Source: Candidatus Bathyarchaeia archaeon
GTDB lineage: Archaea; Thermoproteota; Bathyarchaeia; Bathyarchaeales; Bathycorpusculaceae
Reading direction: 5' to 3'
Assembly (NCBI GenBank): GCA_049516875.1
Contig: JBEKSS010000001.1
Location: 96,001 to 160,000, forward strand
Length of the DNA: 64,000 nucleotides
Shown here: positions 50,158 through 60,201 of the stretch, one piece after another
Layout of the letters: the number at the start of each line of letters is the position of its first letter
How positions within the stretch are numbered: the first letter of the stretch is position 1
Program-made: the position numbers and the translations under genes
Notes under the pieces: generated by a model
Seen by the model: the letters and a program-made list of their open reading frames with translations, nothing else
Database searches by the model: none
What the model was told of the DNA's origin: nothing

Positions 50158-51147
50158 GTGTTAATTATGGAGTCCAAGGGTGAATTCCTGTACCTTTCTC
50201 GGGCTGACATTGAGAAACTGAACATTCCAATGAAAGAGATAATTAGAATCGTAGAAGAGGCCTTTCGTGAAAAAGCCGCGGGAAGAACTGAAATGCCTCC
50301 AAAGCCAGGAGTCCATCTCCAAAAGGACGCTTTCATCCACGCGTTGCCCGCATATCTGCAAACAATGAAGGCGGCAGGCGTTAAGTGGGTGGCAGGCTTT
50401 CCGGACAATCCAAGAAGGGGCCTGCCTTACATTTCTGGTTTACTCGTTTTGAACGATTCTGAGACTGGCTTTCCAATCTCGGTCATGGACTGCACGTGGA
50501 TCACGGCCAAACGCACTGGTGCATCGACTGCAGTTGCAGCTAAACACTTGGCCAGAGACGACTCGAGAGTCCTAGGCGTTCTCGGCTGTGGTGTTCAGGG
50601 CAGAAGCAACCTTGAAGCCTTGATGGTAGTGTGCAAGAATCTGGAACATGTTAAGGCCTATGACACTAATGGGAAGAACCTGCTTGAATACGTGAAAGAA
50701 ATGACTGCCTTGCACGGAATAAGCACAACTCCCGTCGAATCGCCCAAGAAAGCTGTTGAAAGCTGTGACATAGTAGTCACTAGCGGCCCTATCCTGAAAA
50801 AACCGCAACCCATCATCGAAGAGTCGTGGTTCAGAGACGGGGGTCTTGCCTGTCCATTGGATTTTGATTCCTACTGGAAACCAGAAGCCATGCATTCTGT
50901 GCAAAAGTTCTGCACTGACGACCGAAATCAACTGGCGTACTATAAAACTCAAGGCTACTTTGCCGATCTGCCAGACGTGTACGCAGACCTGAGCGAAATC
51001 ACAACAGGCGCCAAACCAGGTCGCGAAAGCCCAGTGGAGCGAATAATGGCAATGAATCTTGGCTTGGCAATAGAAGACATTGCAACGGCCATTTACGTCT
51101 ACCGAAAAGCGAAGAAAGCAAATGTTGGAAGAACGTTGCCCCTGTGA
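50158..51147 (+). CDS. Ornithine cyclodeaminase / mu-crystallin family protein
   Basis: MPPK, GVKWV, ITAKRTGA, GCGVQG, GLAIED. Confidence 0.9.
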   Translation: MLIMESKGEFLYLSRADIEKLNIPMKEIIRIVEEAFREKAAGRTEMPPKPGVHLQKDAFIHALPAYLQTMKAAGVKWVAGFPDNPRRGLPYISGLLVLNDSETGFPISVMDCTWITAKRTGASTAVAAKHLARDDSRVLGVLGCGVQGRSNLEALMVVCKNLEHVKAYDTNGKNLLEYVKEMTALHGISTTPVESPKKAVESCDIVVTSGPILKKPQPIIEESWFRDGGLACPLDFDSYWKPEAMHSVQKFCTDDRNQLAYYKTQGYFADLPDVYADLSEITTGAKPGRESPVERIMAMNLGLAIEDIATAIYVYRKAKKANVGRTLPL

Positions 51148-51164
51148 CCTGAGAGGTCTCGTTT

Positions 51165-52943
51165 CTATGCTCCCCAGAACGGCACTTTCTTTCTCATGAC
51201 ATTCACATACTCGCTCAATGCTTGTTGCTCTTCTGCTATCAATCTCTCAGCGAACGTCGTCATTAGAACTTTCACTTGTCGTTCTGGCACTTTCACATAT
51301 AACAGGTCTTTTTCAAATATGTGTCTTCCAAACACCGGTTTGTCCATTGAAATTGCGACCTGCATTCCTTGTTGAGCGTTTGGCAAGGCCTCCCCCTTAT
51401 CTTGAATCTGCTGAATCTCGCCTATTTCCTCACCGTCTTGTCGGACAAGGGCAATTTTGGGTTTGATGCTTCCAGCCAAGATTTCAACACCGAAAATTGC
51501 CGGTTTTGCCCTTCGGAAAACGTACCCTTCCATTACTCGGAGTTTGGCAGGTTTGACAAGGATGTCAAAATCCTGCTCAAGCCCAGCTTCTCGTTTTCCT
51601 TTAAACCAAGACAGGTAGTTTTCTATCACGTGATAGATTATCTTTTCATTAAAAATTTGAACGCCCCTACTTCCAGCTTCTTCTTCAGCATCTGGCAAGA
51701 TTCTAACGTTGAAAGCCAACACTGCACCGTACAAGGGTTCATGTTCCTTAACCACGGACGCTTCTACGATGTCCCGTTTTGAAATGTCTCCTACATCAGC
51801 TAGTCTGATAGGGATGTTGTTTTGTTTCAGAATGTCTGCGATGGCTTCAAGTGAACCCAGTGTGTCGGCTTTCAAAACGATGCCGTCAACGTCGGTCGCG
51901 ATTCTTATTTTCTCGATTTCCTCGGCAATGAGCCTCGCGTACCTTTCAGGTTTTTCGCCCTGAGGGACAGCGTATATAGGTGCTCCTGCCAAGACTCCTT
52001 CTATGTCTGGCGCAACGATTTTGATGCCTGCAGCAGCGGACGCAGAATTGACGGAGGAGAACTTGTCTCTCGGATCTCTGATTTCATCCAGCGGTTTGGG
52101 AACTAGAATCGCCCGTATGCGTGTTACAATTGGTTTCTCCTTGCCGCCGACAACTATCAAGTCATCTTTCTGCAGTACTCCATCATATATTATGGTATTA
52201 AGTGTCAAGCCAAGTCCGGGTTCCTCTTTAACCTCCAGAATTGTGCCCTTAGCCGGGCCTTCCGTTGTCTGCAAACGCTTCTTCAGATGCTGCTGCGTCA
52301 AGCCTATGAGAACCGTTATGAGTTCGGGTATGCCTTCTCCTGTCTTTGCACTTGTGGGCACGATGGCCACGGTTGAGGTGAAGTCCTTTATTCGGTCGAA
52401 ACGGTCCGTTTTAAAGCCTAAACGAGAGAAAACACCTATGATATCGTATATTTTGTTGTCCAAATCCTCTCGAACGTAAGGATCTTGCTGTGGATACGTC
52501 TTCGAAAACGGTGCATCCGTGAAGGAATTCCAGCCCGGTACGCGATCTATCATGTTTGCAGCGACTAGGAAGGGAGTTTTCCGAGCCTTCAGAATCTCTA
52601 GGCACTCGTATGTCTGAGCCTCGAAACCTCGTAGGACATTGATCACGAGAATTGCGATGTCAGCGACGCTGCCCCCTCTCTTGCGGAGGTTGGTGAAAGC
52701 CTCATGTCCTGGCGTGTCAATGATGAGTAAACCCGGAATCTCTATTTCACCCTTAACTCTAGAAAGCATCGAGCCGACCAGTTGGCCGAGCGTTTCAACC
52801 GGGAAAAAGCTTGCACCGATATGCTGAGTGATCCCTCCAACCTCCCTCGCTTGGACGCTGGTCTTACGAATTCTGTCCAAGAGAGAAGTCTTGCCGCTAT
52901 CAACATGACCAAGAACGCACACGATTGGTTGACGGGTTGGCAT
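51165..52943 (-). CDS. infB: Translation initiation factor aIF5B (IF-2)
   Basis: RQPIVCVLGHVDSGKT, GGITQHIGA, DTPGH, DTLGSLEA. Confidence 0.97.
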   Translation of the reverse strand: MPTRQPIVCVLGHVDSGKTSLLDRIRKTSVQAREVGGITQHIGASFFPVETLGQLVGSMLSRVKGEIEIPGLLIIDTPGHEAFTNLRKRGGSVADIAILVINVLRGFEAQTYECLEILKARKTPFLVAANMIDRVPGWNSFTDAPFSKTYPQQDPYVREDLDNKIYDIIGVFSRLGFKTDRFDRIKDFTSTVAIVPTSAKTGEGIPELITVLIGLTQQHLKKRLQTTEGPAKGTILEVKEEPGLGLTLNTIIYDGVLQKDDLIVVGGKEKPIVTRIRAILVPKPLDEIRDPRDKFSSVNSASAAAGIKIVAPDIEGVLAGAPIYAVPQGEKPERYARLIAEEIEKIRIATDVDGIVLKADTLGSLEAIADILKQNNIPIRLADVGDISKRDIVEASVVKEHEPLYGAVLAFNVRILPDAEEEAGSRGVQIFNEKIIYHVIENYLSWFKGKREAGLEQDFDILVKPAKLRVMEGYVFRRAKPAIFGVEILAGSIKPKIALVRQDGEEIGEIQQIQDKGEALPNAQQGMQVAISMDKPVFGRHIFEKDLLYVKVPERQVKVLMTTFAERLIAEEQQALSEYVNVMRKKVPFWGA

Positions 52944-53055
52944 CCAGTCTATCCCTCAGTCTTCCGAGCGTCGAGCAAGTTGCCTAATTCATTGAAACAT
53001 TTGAAAATTAATAAGCTCTTGCTCTAATAAATACTCATTCGGATAGTGAGTTGGT

Positions 53056-53373
53056 TTGCCCTACTGTTGGAAATGTGGAGCAAAGCTGAACGACCAAGAC
53101 AGATTCTGTTCTGTTTGCGGTGCAGCAACTGCTAAGGTGACTAGAGAGGAATTCACAGTTTCCTCTGATGACCTTATTGAGAAGGTTAAGCAGCTGCTTC
53201 ATGAAGGCAACGTGACAAGAATTATCATCAAGGATGAAAAAGGGAAAACATTGCTTGAGATTCCTGCCACTATAGGGGTTATTGGAGTGTTTCTTGCTCC
53301 TTGGCTTGCTGCATTGGGCGCAATAGTTGCTTTAGCCACTAACTGCAGGATAGTTGTCGAAAGAAGAGAATAA
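53056..53373 (+). CDS. Zinc-ribbon + DUF4342 protein
   Basis: YCWKCG..FCSVCG, then VKQLLHEGNVTRIIIK...LEIP. Confidence 0.85.
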   Translation: MPYCWKCGAKLNDQDRFCSVCGAATAKVTREEFTVSSDDLIEKVKQLLHEGNVTRIIIKDEKGKTLLEIPATIGVIGVFLAPWLAALGAIVALATNCRIVVERRE

Positions 53374-53375
53374 AT

Positions 53376-53573
53376 CTATTCAGTTTTGGCAATCAACAAA
53401 ACAAAACCTAGGACTATTAGGATGATGCTTAGAAAACCGAAAAAACCCGTGTATGCCACAAGGGCTTGAGAACTCGTAACAGTGTAATAGAGGGCAAATA
53501 TACCCGTCAATAGAATAATAAGGCCGAAGAACTTCTCAGCCAAATTCAGTCCAAAACCGCTTTCTTCGCTCAT
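53376..53573 (-). CDS. Small two-TM membrane protein
   Basis: 65 aa, two hydrophobic helices. Confidence 0.7.
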   Translation of the reverse strand: MSEESGFGLNLAEKFFGLIILLTGIFALYYTVTSSQALVAYTGFFGFLSIILIVLGFVLLIAKTE

Positions 53574-53642
53574 TTCGGTCGAATCCTTCCATTATGCTTC
53601 CTACATAGAACGACAAAGGGTTATTTTAAATTTCGCCTCTTT

Positions 53643-54734
53643 TTACTTAGTCTCTTCAAGTTTTTGAGGCAGATACTCGTCGACGATATACGTTAAACCG
53701 TACCTGCTGAAAGCCTCCTGCTCAGCCTTTCTCTTGATTTTCATGAAGGTCTTTATTTCCCGCCGCCATAGCGGATCCTTGTAACGCGGGTCCTTCTGCA
53801 GTTCATAAAGTCGCTTCATGTCCATTTCGTCAAGCGGGTCGGTTGGCAACTTGTAGTTGACAATGTCCGTGGCCCACACTCCACTCCATTTCGCGTCAGG
53901 AGTGTTAAGCTCTCTCAAATGCGCAGCATTTACAGAGCCTGAGATTATGACCATGGCTATATGCATTCCCCAAGGGTCCCCGTCGGTGAAAACATAAACA
54001 GGAAGGTTGAGCTCTTCGCTTAACCTTCTGATGAAGTGCCTAGTTGCCCTCGGTGCTTGCCCAGCCGTCAACACAAGAATGGAATTGTATTTTTTGTGCA
54101 CGTTTTCCTCTATGAACCGCGTGAACAAGCCACCTTTTTCTATGGCTATGACCTTGTCCGCCGACGTTCTCACAAATTCCGAAGAGGTCAATGCCGGACC
54201 GATTAGCACGCCGTCTGGGTGCGAGGTTAGATCCAGCGTTTTTCCTTCGTAGCCTGGCACCGTGTACTCTATTGTCAGGTCACCGAAAACCGCCGATCGC
54301 TCCTCCGGAAAGATGTTAAAGTCCTCTCGTGAAAAGCCCAAAATGGTTTCCAAGTCAGTTATAATATTGTTTGATTCCTGCTGGTCCTTGAAAGTCATTT
54401 CATAAGCTTGCGCAGAATAATAAACATCCCTTAGAGTTGATGTTTTACGTTGCGAAGAAAGCTCATTAGCAAACAGTGCAGCCCAAACCAGCTGCGTGAA
54501 CGGCTTCACGTGGCTGATGTTGCGTGCGCTTCTTCTGACCCTTCTGTCGCCTAAGATGAATTGTCTGAGCTTTTCATCATATGTTATGTTGTCCGTCGAG
54601 CGGCTCGGCATGTCAATTGCCGGAAAAGTTCCTTTGTCTAGCTGATCATAAATCGTGGTTCCAAGATTTCCAAGACCTGCTAAAACTTCCTTCTTTCTCT
54701 CACTGACACTGATCTTATACTTCTTCCGATCCAT
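53643..54734 (-). CDS. top6A: DNA topoisomerase VI subunit A
   Basis: STLRDVYY, IEKGG, GQAPRATR, DGDPWG, KAEQEA. Confidence 0.97.
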   Translation of the reverse strand: MDRKKYKISVSERKKEVLAGLGNLGTTIYDQLDKGTFPAIDMPSRSTDNITYDEKLRQFILGDRRVRRSARNISHVKPFTQLVWAALFANELSSQRKTSTLRDVYYSAQAYEMTFKDQQESNNIITDLETILGFSREDFNIFPEERSAVFGDLTIEYTVPGYEGKTLDLTSHPDGVLIGPALTSSEFVRTSADKVIAIEKGGLFTRFIEENVHKKYNSILVLTAGQAPRATRHFIRRLSEELNLPVYVFTDGDPWGMHIAMVIISGSVNAAHLRELNTPDAKWSGVWATDIVNYKLPTDPLDEMDMKRLYELQKDPRYKDPLWRREIKTFMKIKRKAEQEAFSRYGLTYIVDEYLPQKLEETK

Positions 54735-56350
54735 ACTTCCTCACACTCGTCAAAAGCTTCTCAATATCTGGCATCTTTTTCTTGCCCGCCAGCTGAGTGG
54801 AAAACTGGGCAATCCTCGGTAGATACTTGCTGAAAACACCCAACCTCTTCCTCTCCTTGTCCACGTGCTCTCTTCTTGACATGAAGAGCTGAAGTTGCCG
54901 TGCAACTTCTCTCAACCCGTTGGCAATCTCCCTTCTAACCTCAGGTCTATCAGCAATGAACTCCTTGCCAACTGTTTTGTACGGAACTTTTGTACTGCAG
55001 ATGTGCACTGCGATGGCAACAGGCATTTCAGGCGTCACGTGATATCTTCGCCAGTTCATCGCTTCAATCACTCTAAGCGAAACATCGTTCGCCTCATCGT
55101 ACAACAGCGGGATTCTGTTGGCAAAACGATAGACAATGAAGCTTCCTCTTGCTGGAATCTCTCCCCCGTAAGCGACGCCGATTTCAATTACAAACGGATG
55201 TCCAGCATAGGTCGCAGGCTTACGCTGGTGAACAGCTACAAACTCGGGTTTGAGCTCCTTCAAAATGCCGGTTCTCAGCAACTCCTCACCTAAGGGCGAC
55301 AAGCAGCTTGCGTCAGGCGGCAGAAACTCCTTGAACTTCTTCAGCATTTGCATGAGCCTGACAATTTCCTCATGATCAAGCCTCTTCGGATTCTTAGACG
55401 AGCTTATGTTGCTGAACCCCAGAAACTTCTGGGCGGTAATGTGTCCGACTCGATGGAAGTGGTTCTTCAAAAACTCCAACATGTTCTTGTAAGGAGTTAT
55501 CTGCATCAGACGTTGAAGCAGCTCCACATCAACGCCGTACGGGTGCGGCTTCGTCTCCTTCGGCGGTATCGGCATGTCCTTAGTAACTCTGGCAAACCTG
55601 TAAAGCCTACCTTTCGGATCAACAAAAGTAAGGTTTGCATATGGATTTACCATGGCTGTCTGCTTGAAGTAATCCAGTATCTTGGGCATCGCCCTGAAAT
55701 AATCCCCTTCAAGCGTAAACTCGACAACAGTGCCCCGCCACATTTCCTTATTTATAAGAACTCTTCTGTCCATTATTAGCGGACGGTTTCTCTGGATATC
55801 AATCATAAGCTTGTACATGTAAATCTTCGAAGTGCCCGTGCTTGAGAATATAGTAGCCGGTTGATGTGTGGTGATCTGTCCGTACAGGATTGCCATTTTG
55901 CCGCCAAGACCGAACGTTCCCCTCTGCTGTTTCAACTTGTACTTTGAACCGAATAAGATCTGCCCAAAAGCGGATGGAACATGGCGAGGTGGGACGCCTG
56001 TGCCGTTGTCTTCAACTCTTAACTTGTAAACCTGACTCTCTTGAGTAACTTCTCTTTCACCCAGTTTCTGGAGGTCGCTGCCCTCTCCTTCAAGAGCATG
56101 TTCACTTTCTCTCTCAGATTCATTGGCAACTGGGTTGAACCCTTTGCCTGTCTGACTAGCTTCTCCTTCATAAGACAGGCGAACATAGACGTCTGGCGGT
56201 ATCCTTTGACTCTCCGCCGCGTCCAACGAGTTTTCCACTAACTCTCTTATCGCCACGAAAATGGCTCTGGACGGATTAGTAAACCCAGCGATGTCCCGAT
56301 TGCGGTAGAAAAAAGTCGGCGGCGCTTATCTCTTCAAATGTCTGGGCCAC
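54715..56350 (-). CDS. top6B: DNA topoisomerase VI subunit B; 1-nt frameshift near codon 14 in this sequence
   Basis: ELVENSLDA, VEDNGTG, GTFGLGG, RFANRIPLLY; the N-terminus MAQTFEEISAADFF (GTG 56350) is out of frame with YRNRDIAGFTNP. Confidence 0.93.
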
Positions 56351-56573
56351 CGCTCATCCCCCCTTCGTTTCATCATTCCCGTATAGGAACAGTCACTAAA
56401 GGCTCCAAGCTCATAAATCGAATAGCCCTTGTCATAAACTTCGACATATTTCTGAACGTTTATCTCTTCGAGCCTCCGAGCCACTTAAGCCTTCCCAGCC
56501 CTCTCTGCACCAAATTATTTCTATGATATACTCTGCTCATTCTTTAACTTAACTACGTTCAACAGAAGATTTG

Positions 56574-57002
56574 TCATTTTTTGTAGGCGAACGGAAATAA
56601 CTCTTCAAGAATCTTAATGTTAACAGTTCCAAACATTATCTTGTCTTTATCTGCCTTTGCCATGACAACTTTGACTTTTGAGTTTACAGCAAAATCAGAA
56701 ACATACTGCAAACATGCGCCGCACGGTCTGGGTTCGGCCCCTGAATCAGCATCCATGACTACTGCTATCTCCTTAATCTTTCGATTTCCATGCAACACAG
56801 CATGGTTGATTGCACATCTTTCAGCGCATGTACCCAATCCTGAAACCCAACTTTCCACGTTGCAACCCTCGTAAATCTGCCCATCCTCCGCAAACACAGC
56901 GGCGCCAACCTTGAACCCCCAAAGCGCATACGCATTCTTCATTGCCCTCAAAGAGGCATCCAACAGTTCCTTTTCCGTCTCCCCGATCTTGGTCATAATC
57001 AT
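56574..57002 (-). CDS. cdd: Cytidine deaminase (homotetrameric type)
   Basis: FKVGAA, GCNVE, TCAER, PCGAC. Confidence 0.88.
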   Translation of the reverse strand: MIMTKIGETEKELLDASLRAMKNAYALWGFKVGAAVFAEDGQIYEGCNVESWVSGLGTCAERCAINHAVLHGNRKIKEIAVVMDADSGAEPRPCGACLQYVSDFAVNSKVKVVMAKADKDKIMFGTVNIKILEELFPFAYKK

Positions 57003-57011
57003 CTCGTCGCC

Positions 57012-58799
57012 CTATTTCCGAAGTCTGCGCACGTAATAGTATTCACCGATTTGCTTTTGAAACTTGTCAAGTTTTGAACCCTCTTTGTTGACTCTGGGCC
57101 TTTTGGTGGCAGGGTCTCTTCTGAACGTAACCTCCATATCTTTCAGGAACGTATTCATTCCTTTTCGTAAGCTCGTCGGCGGATTGGCCACGCCGTTCGT
57201 CCCGGGCTTTCCCGTGAAAACCATCAGGTGATCAGCTATGAAGTCTTGTGTGACGACATCATGTTCTACCACGAAGGCTGTCACGTTGCGATTTTCAACG
57301 ACTCTTCGGACAGTCCTCGCCATGTTCAATCTTTCTTCAACGTCCAAGTACGCACTTGGCTCGTCCAGCAGGTAAAGATCGGCCTTGCGTGAGAGACAAG
57401 CCGCAATGGCCACTTTCTGCAGCTCTCCCCCACTGAGTTCATCCAGATTTCTGGCCAACAGTAGATTTACCTTCAGAGGTTGAAGAATTTCGGTCCTGTA
57501 CAAGCCTGAAGAAAACTGTTCTTTAGCAACGCTCATCAAAAGCTCTTGAACCGTACCCTCATACTCCGCTGAAATGTACTGAGGTTTGTAACTTACTTTC
57601 AGCTCGCCGAATTTTCTTCTATCATCAGCCTCTTCAATTCCAGCCAGAATCTTTATGAAAGTCGTCTTGCCTATCCCATTGGCGCCCAGAATCCCGACTA
57701 TCTCTCCCCTCTTGATTTCTCCGGACTTGGCTACAAGCTTGAACCCTTCGTACGTTTTTTCTATTTGCTCCCACGCTAGCATCGTTTCGCCAACGCCAGC
57801 ACTGACCGTCGGCGGCTTTTCATGAAATATTATTGCCTCCTTTCTGAAACGAACGTTCTCGTCTGGAATGTAGCCTTGCAGGTAAATGTTTATGCCTGTT
57901 CTGACGCCGTGAACGCTTGAGACTACTCCATAAACGCCTGGTTCACCGTAGAAGAGGCATATTTGGTCTGACAAATAATCGATTATTGCTAAGTCATGTT
58001 CAGCAATGATTATTGTTTTTTGATCATTTTTCAAGCTTCTTATCGTCTTTGCCACTTCGAGTCTCTGCTTCACGTCCAAGTAGCTTGAGGGCTCATCGAA
58101 CAAATACACCTCTGCTTCACGACACATTGTAGCTGCCACAGCCACACGTTGCAGCTCTCCACCGCTCAAAACTTCAAGCGGTCGATCCCAGAACTGCTTG
58201 AGCTCAAGCTGCTCAGCAATCTTGTCAAGGTTTTTCCTTTCATCCACTTTTTCAAGCAGTTCCCCCACTTTTCCAGAGATGACTTTCGGAAGCTTATCCA
58301 CATATTGGGGTTTATGCGAAACTCTGAGCTTCCCTTCTCCCATTTTTTGGAAATATTCCTGAAGGGTCGAACCCCTGAAATGCTGAACTATTTCATTCCA
58401 ATCAGGCGGGTTCTCGTAGTTTCCAAGATTTAGCTTCACTTCCCCAGACAGCAATTTGAGGGCAGTTGTTTTGCCGATTCCGTTTTGTCCCAGCAAACCT
58501 AGTACCAAGCCCGGTGAAGGCGTTGGCAACCTGTAAAGTTTGAATGTGTTTTCTCCAAAACGATGGCTACAGTCTTTTTCAAGCTCGTCTGGAAGATTAA
58601 CTATTGATACTGCTCTGAAAGGACATTTCTTCACACAGATTCCGCAGCCTGTGCACAGGGACTCGACAATAACTGCTTTTTCATTTTCAAAGCGCACTGC
58701 TTCTATTTTGCTCCGCACGATTGGACAAAAACGAAAGCACATCCTACTGCAACGTTTTGGCTTGCATTTATCGGCATCTAACACGGCAACTCTTGTCAT
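57012..58799 (-). CDS. rli: Ribosome recycling ATPase ABCE1/RLI
   Basis: N-terminal FeS cysteines (CKPKRC..CP, CTGCGICVKKCP); two NBDs with GIGKTT and LSGGELQ; start ATG 58799. Confidence 0.97.
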   Translation of the reverse strand: MTRVAVLDADKCKPKRCSRMCFRFCPIVRSKIEAVRFENEKAVIVESLCTGCGICVKKCPFRAVSIVNLPDELEKDCSHRFGENTFKLYRLPTPSPGLVLGLLGQNGIGKTTALKLLSGEVKLNLGNYENPPDWNEIVQHFRGSTLQEYFQKMGEGKLRVSHKPQYVDKLPKVISGKVGELLEKVDERKNLDKIAEQLELKQFWDRPLEVLSGGELQRVAVAATMCREAEVYLFDEPSSYLDVKQRLEVAKTIRSLKNDQKTIIIAEHDLAIIDYLSDQICLFYGEPGVYGVVSSVHGVRTGINIYLQGYIPDENVRFRKEAIIFHEKPPTVSAGVGETMLAWEQIEKTYEGFKLVAKSGEIKRGEIVGILGANGIGKTTFIKILAGIEEADDRRKFGELKVSYKPQYISAEYEGTVQELLMSVAKEQFSSGLYRTEILQPLKVNLLLARNLDELSGGELQKVAIAACLSRKADLYLLDEPSAYLDVEERLNMARTVRRVVENRNVTAFVVEHDVVTQDFIADHLMVFTGKPGTNGVANPPTSLRKGMNTFLKDMEVTFRRDPATKRPRVNKEGSKLDKFQKQIGEYYYVRRLRK

Positions 58800-58888
58800 C
58801 GCGACCCGACAGTGAATGGTCTTTACTTGTAGGTTATAAACATGAACCTCAAGAAAGTCCTTATAAACGTCCAAAAAACGGTTCGGCC

Positions 58889-58910
58889 AAAGAAAAAGCA
58901 CAAAAGTGCT
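58889..58910 (-). terminator. Hairpin plus U-tract downstream of the acidic micropeptide
   Basis: Minus strand AGCAC-TTTT-GTGCT-TTTTCTTT. Confidence 0.55.
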
Positions 58911-58929
58911 GATTGTTCAGCTGACCTTC

Positions 58930-59004
58930 TTACCATTCTTCCTCCTCAAAGTCTTCTTCCTCATCCCAATCTTCTTCTTCAGTATCCTCTTCCTCATCTA
59001 TCAC
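58930..59004 (-). CDS. 24-aa hyper-acidic micropeptide (not in ORF track)
   Basis: MIDEEEDTEEEDWDEEEDFEEEEW*; GGAGGTGA lies 6 nt before the GTG. Confidence 0.7.
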   Translation of the reverse strand: MIDEEEDTEEEDWDEEEDFEEEEW

Positions 59005-59120
59005 GCTTTTTCACCTCCAAACATTTCGAATGGATAGTCAAAGCATTCTCGCAATCTTTAAGGATTATTATACGTCAGTTGTCGAGAATAGAAATGAAGG
59101 ACACGTATATCGATGCCATT

Positions 59121-60092
59121 TTACAAGTGTTCTTTCACAATCTTCGCAGTGAGTGACACCTTTGGTTCTTTCATTCCTGGAGTAATGTAAGCCCAGCACA
59201 TGTTTGGCGAATTGTGAGCTGCGCCGATTCTTCCATGTGAATCAATAGCGATCAAACCCATCGCATTGTACCCGGATGGCATTCGGGTATTGACAAGTTT
59301 TATTGTCACTTCAGCAGCCTCCTGTGGTGCTTTTCCATTCTCCATATAATTGCAGACAGTCTTTGCAAGGACAAGCCTTATTGCAATCTCCCCAACACCA
59401 GTAGTTGAACAAGCGCCAGTCAGGTTGTCCGCATACGTTCCGCAGCCAATTAATGGTGAGTCTCCAATTCTTCCAGGAAGTTTCAATGGAAAACCTCCGG
59501 TTGATGTCGCAGCTGCCACATTTCCTTCTTTATCTATGGCCACCGCTCCTACGGTTTCAAGGGTGAAGAGTTCTGGATGATCTTTAACCAGGATAGTTAG
59601 CTTTGGCAGCTCAGATTTGCCTTCAAGCAGGGCCTTCTTCTGCTGCTCATAATACTTCAGCCTGAGTTCCGTTATTGGGTTACGCCTTTCAAGGTGTTCA
59701 AGATTGGCCAACTTCTCTGCGCCTTCACCCACGACAAAAACGTGGTCTGTTCTTTCCATGACAATCTTTGCGAGACGAACGGGATTCTTTACGTCTCGCA
59801 ACAACCCTACCGCTCCAGCCTGAAGTGTTTTTCCGTTCATTATCGAAGCTTCCATTTCCACCTTTTTCTCCATGTTTAAGCTGGAACCATACCCCGCGTT
59901 AAATGCCCCATTATCCTCCATAACTGCAACGGCTTCCATGACACTGTCAATGACACTTCCTCCATTCTTCAAGATGCCCCAACCCGTCTCAGCAGCTCTC
60001 TTGACACCTTCCATACCGGGCTCGCTGCGTTCAGGCTGCCAGGTTCCCGCCCCACCGTGAACAACTATCGTCGGTTTCTGGGCTCCCGTCAT
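59121..60092 (-). CDS. Isoaspartyl peptidase / L-asparaginase (Ntn hydrolase)
   Basis: VHGGAG, FNAGYGS, ETVGAVA, ATSTGG, GRIGDSP, TGVGE. Confidence 0.95.
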   Translation of the reverse strand: MTGAQKPTIVVHGGAGTWQPERSEPGMEGVKRAAETGWGILKNGGSVIDSVMEAVAVMEDNGAFNAGYGSSLNMEKKVEMEASIMNGKTLQAGAVGLLRDVKNPVRLAKIVMERTDHVFVVGEGAEKLANLEHLERRNPITELRLKYYEQQKKALLEGKSELPKLTILVKDHPELFTLETVGAVAIDKEGNVAAATSTGGFPLKLPGRIGDSPLIGCGTYADNLTGACSTTGVGEIAIRLVLAKTVCNYMENGKAPQEAAEVTIKLVNTRMPSGYNAMGLIAIDSHGRIGAAHNSPNMCWAYITPGMKEPKVSLTAKIVKEHL

Positions 60093-60201
60093 CTTTCCAT
60101 CACTCTCAAACTGGATACGTTGAACTTGCATGATTCGAATTTAAGTCTAGCGCCATCGAACAGTCAAAATGGATAAATCCATGCGACCGAATATCACTTG
60201 T

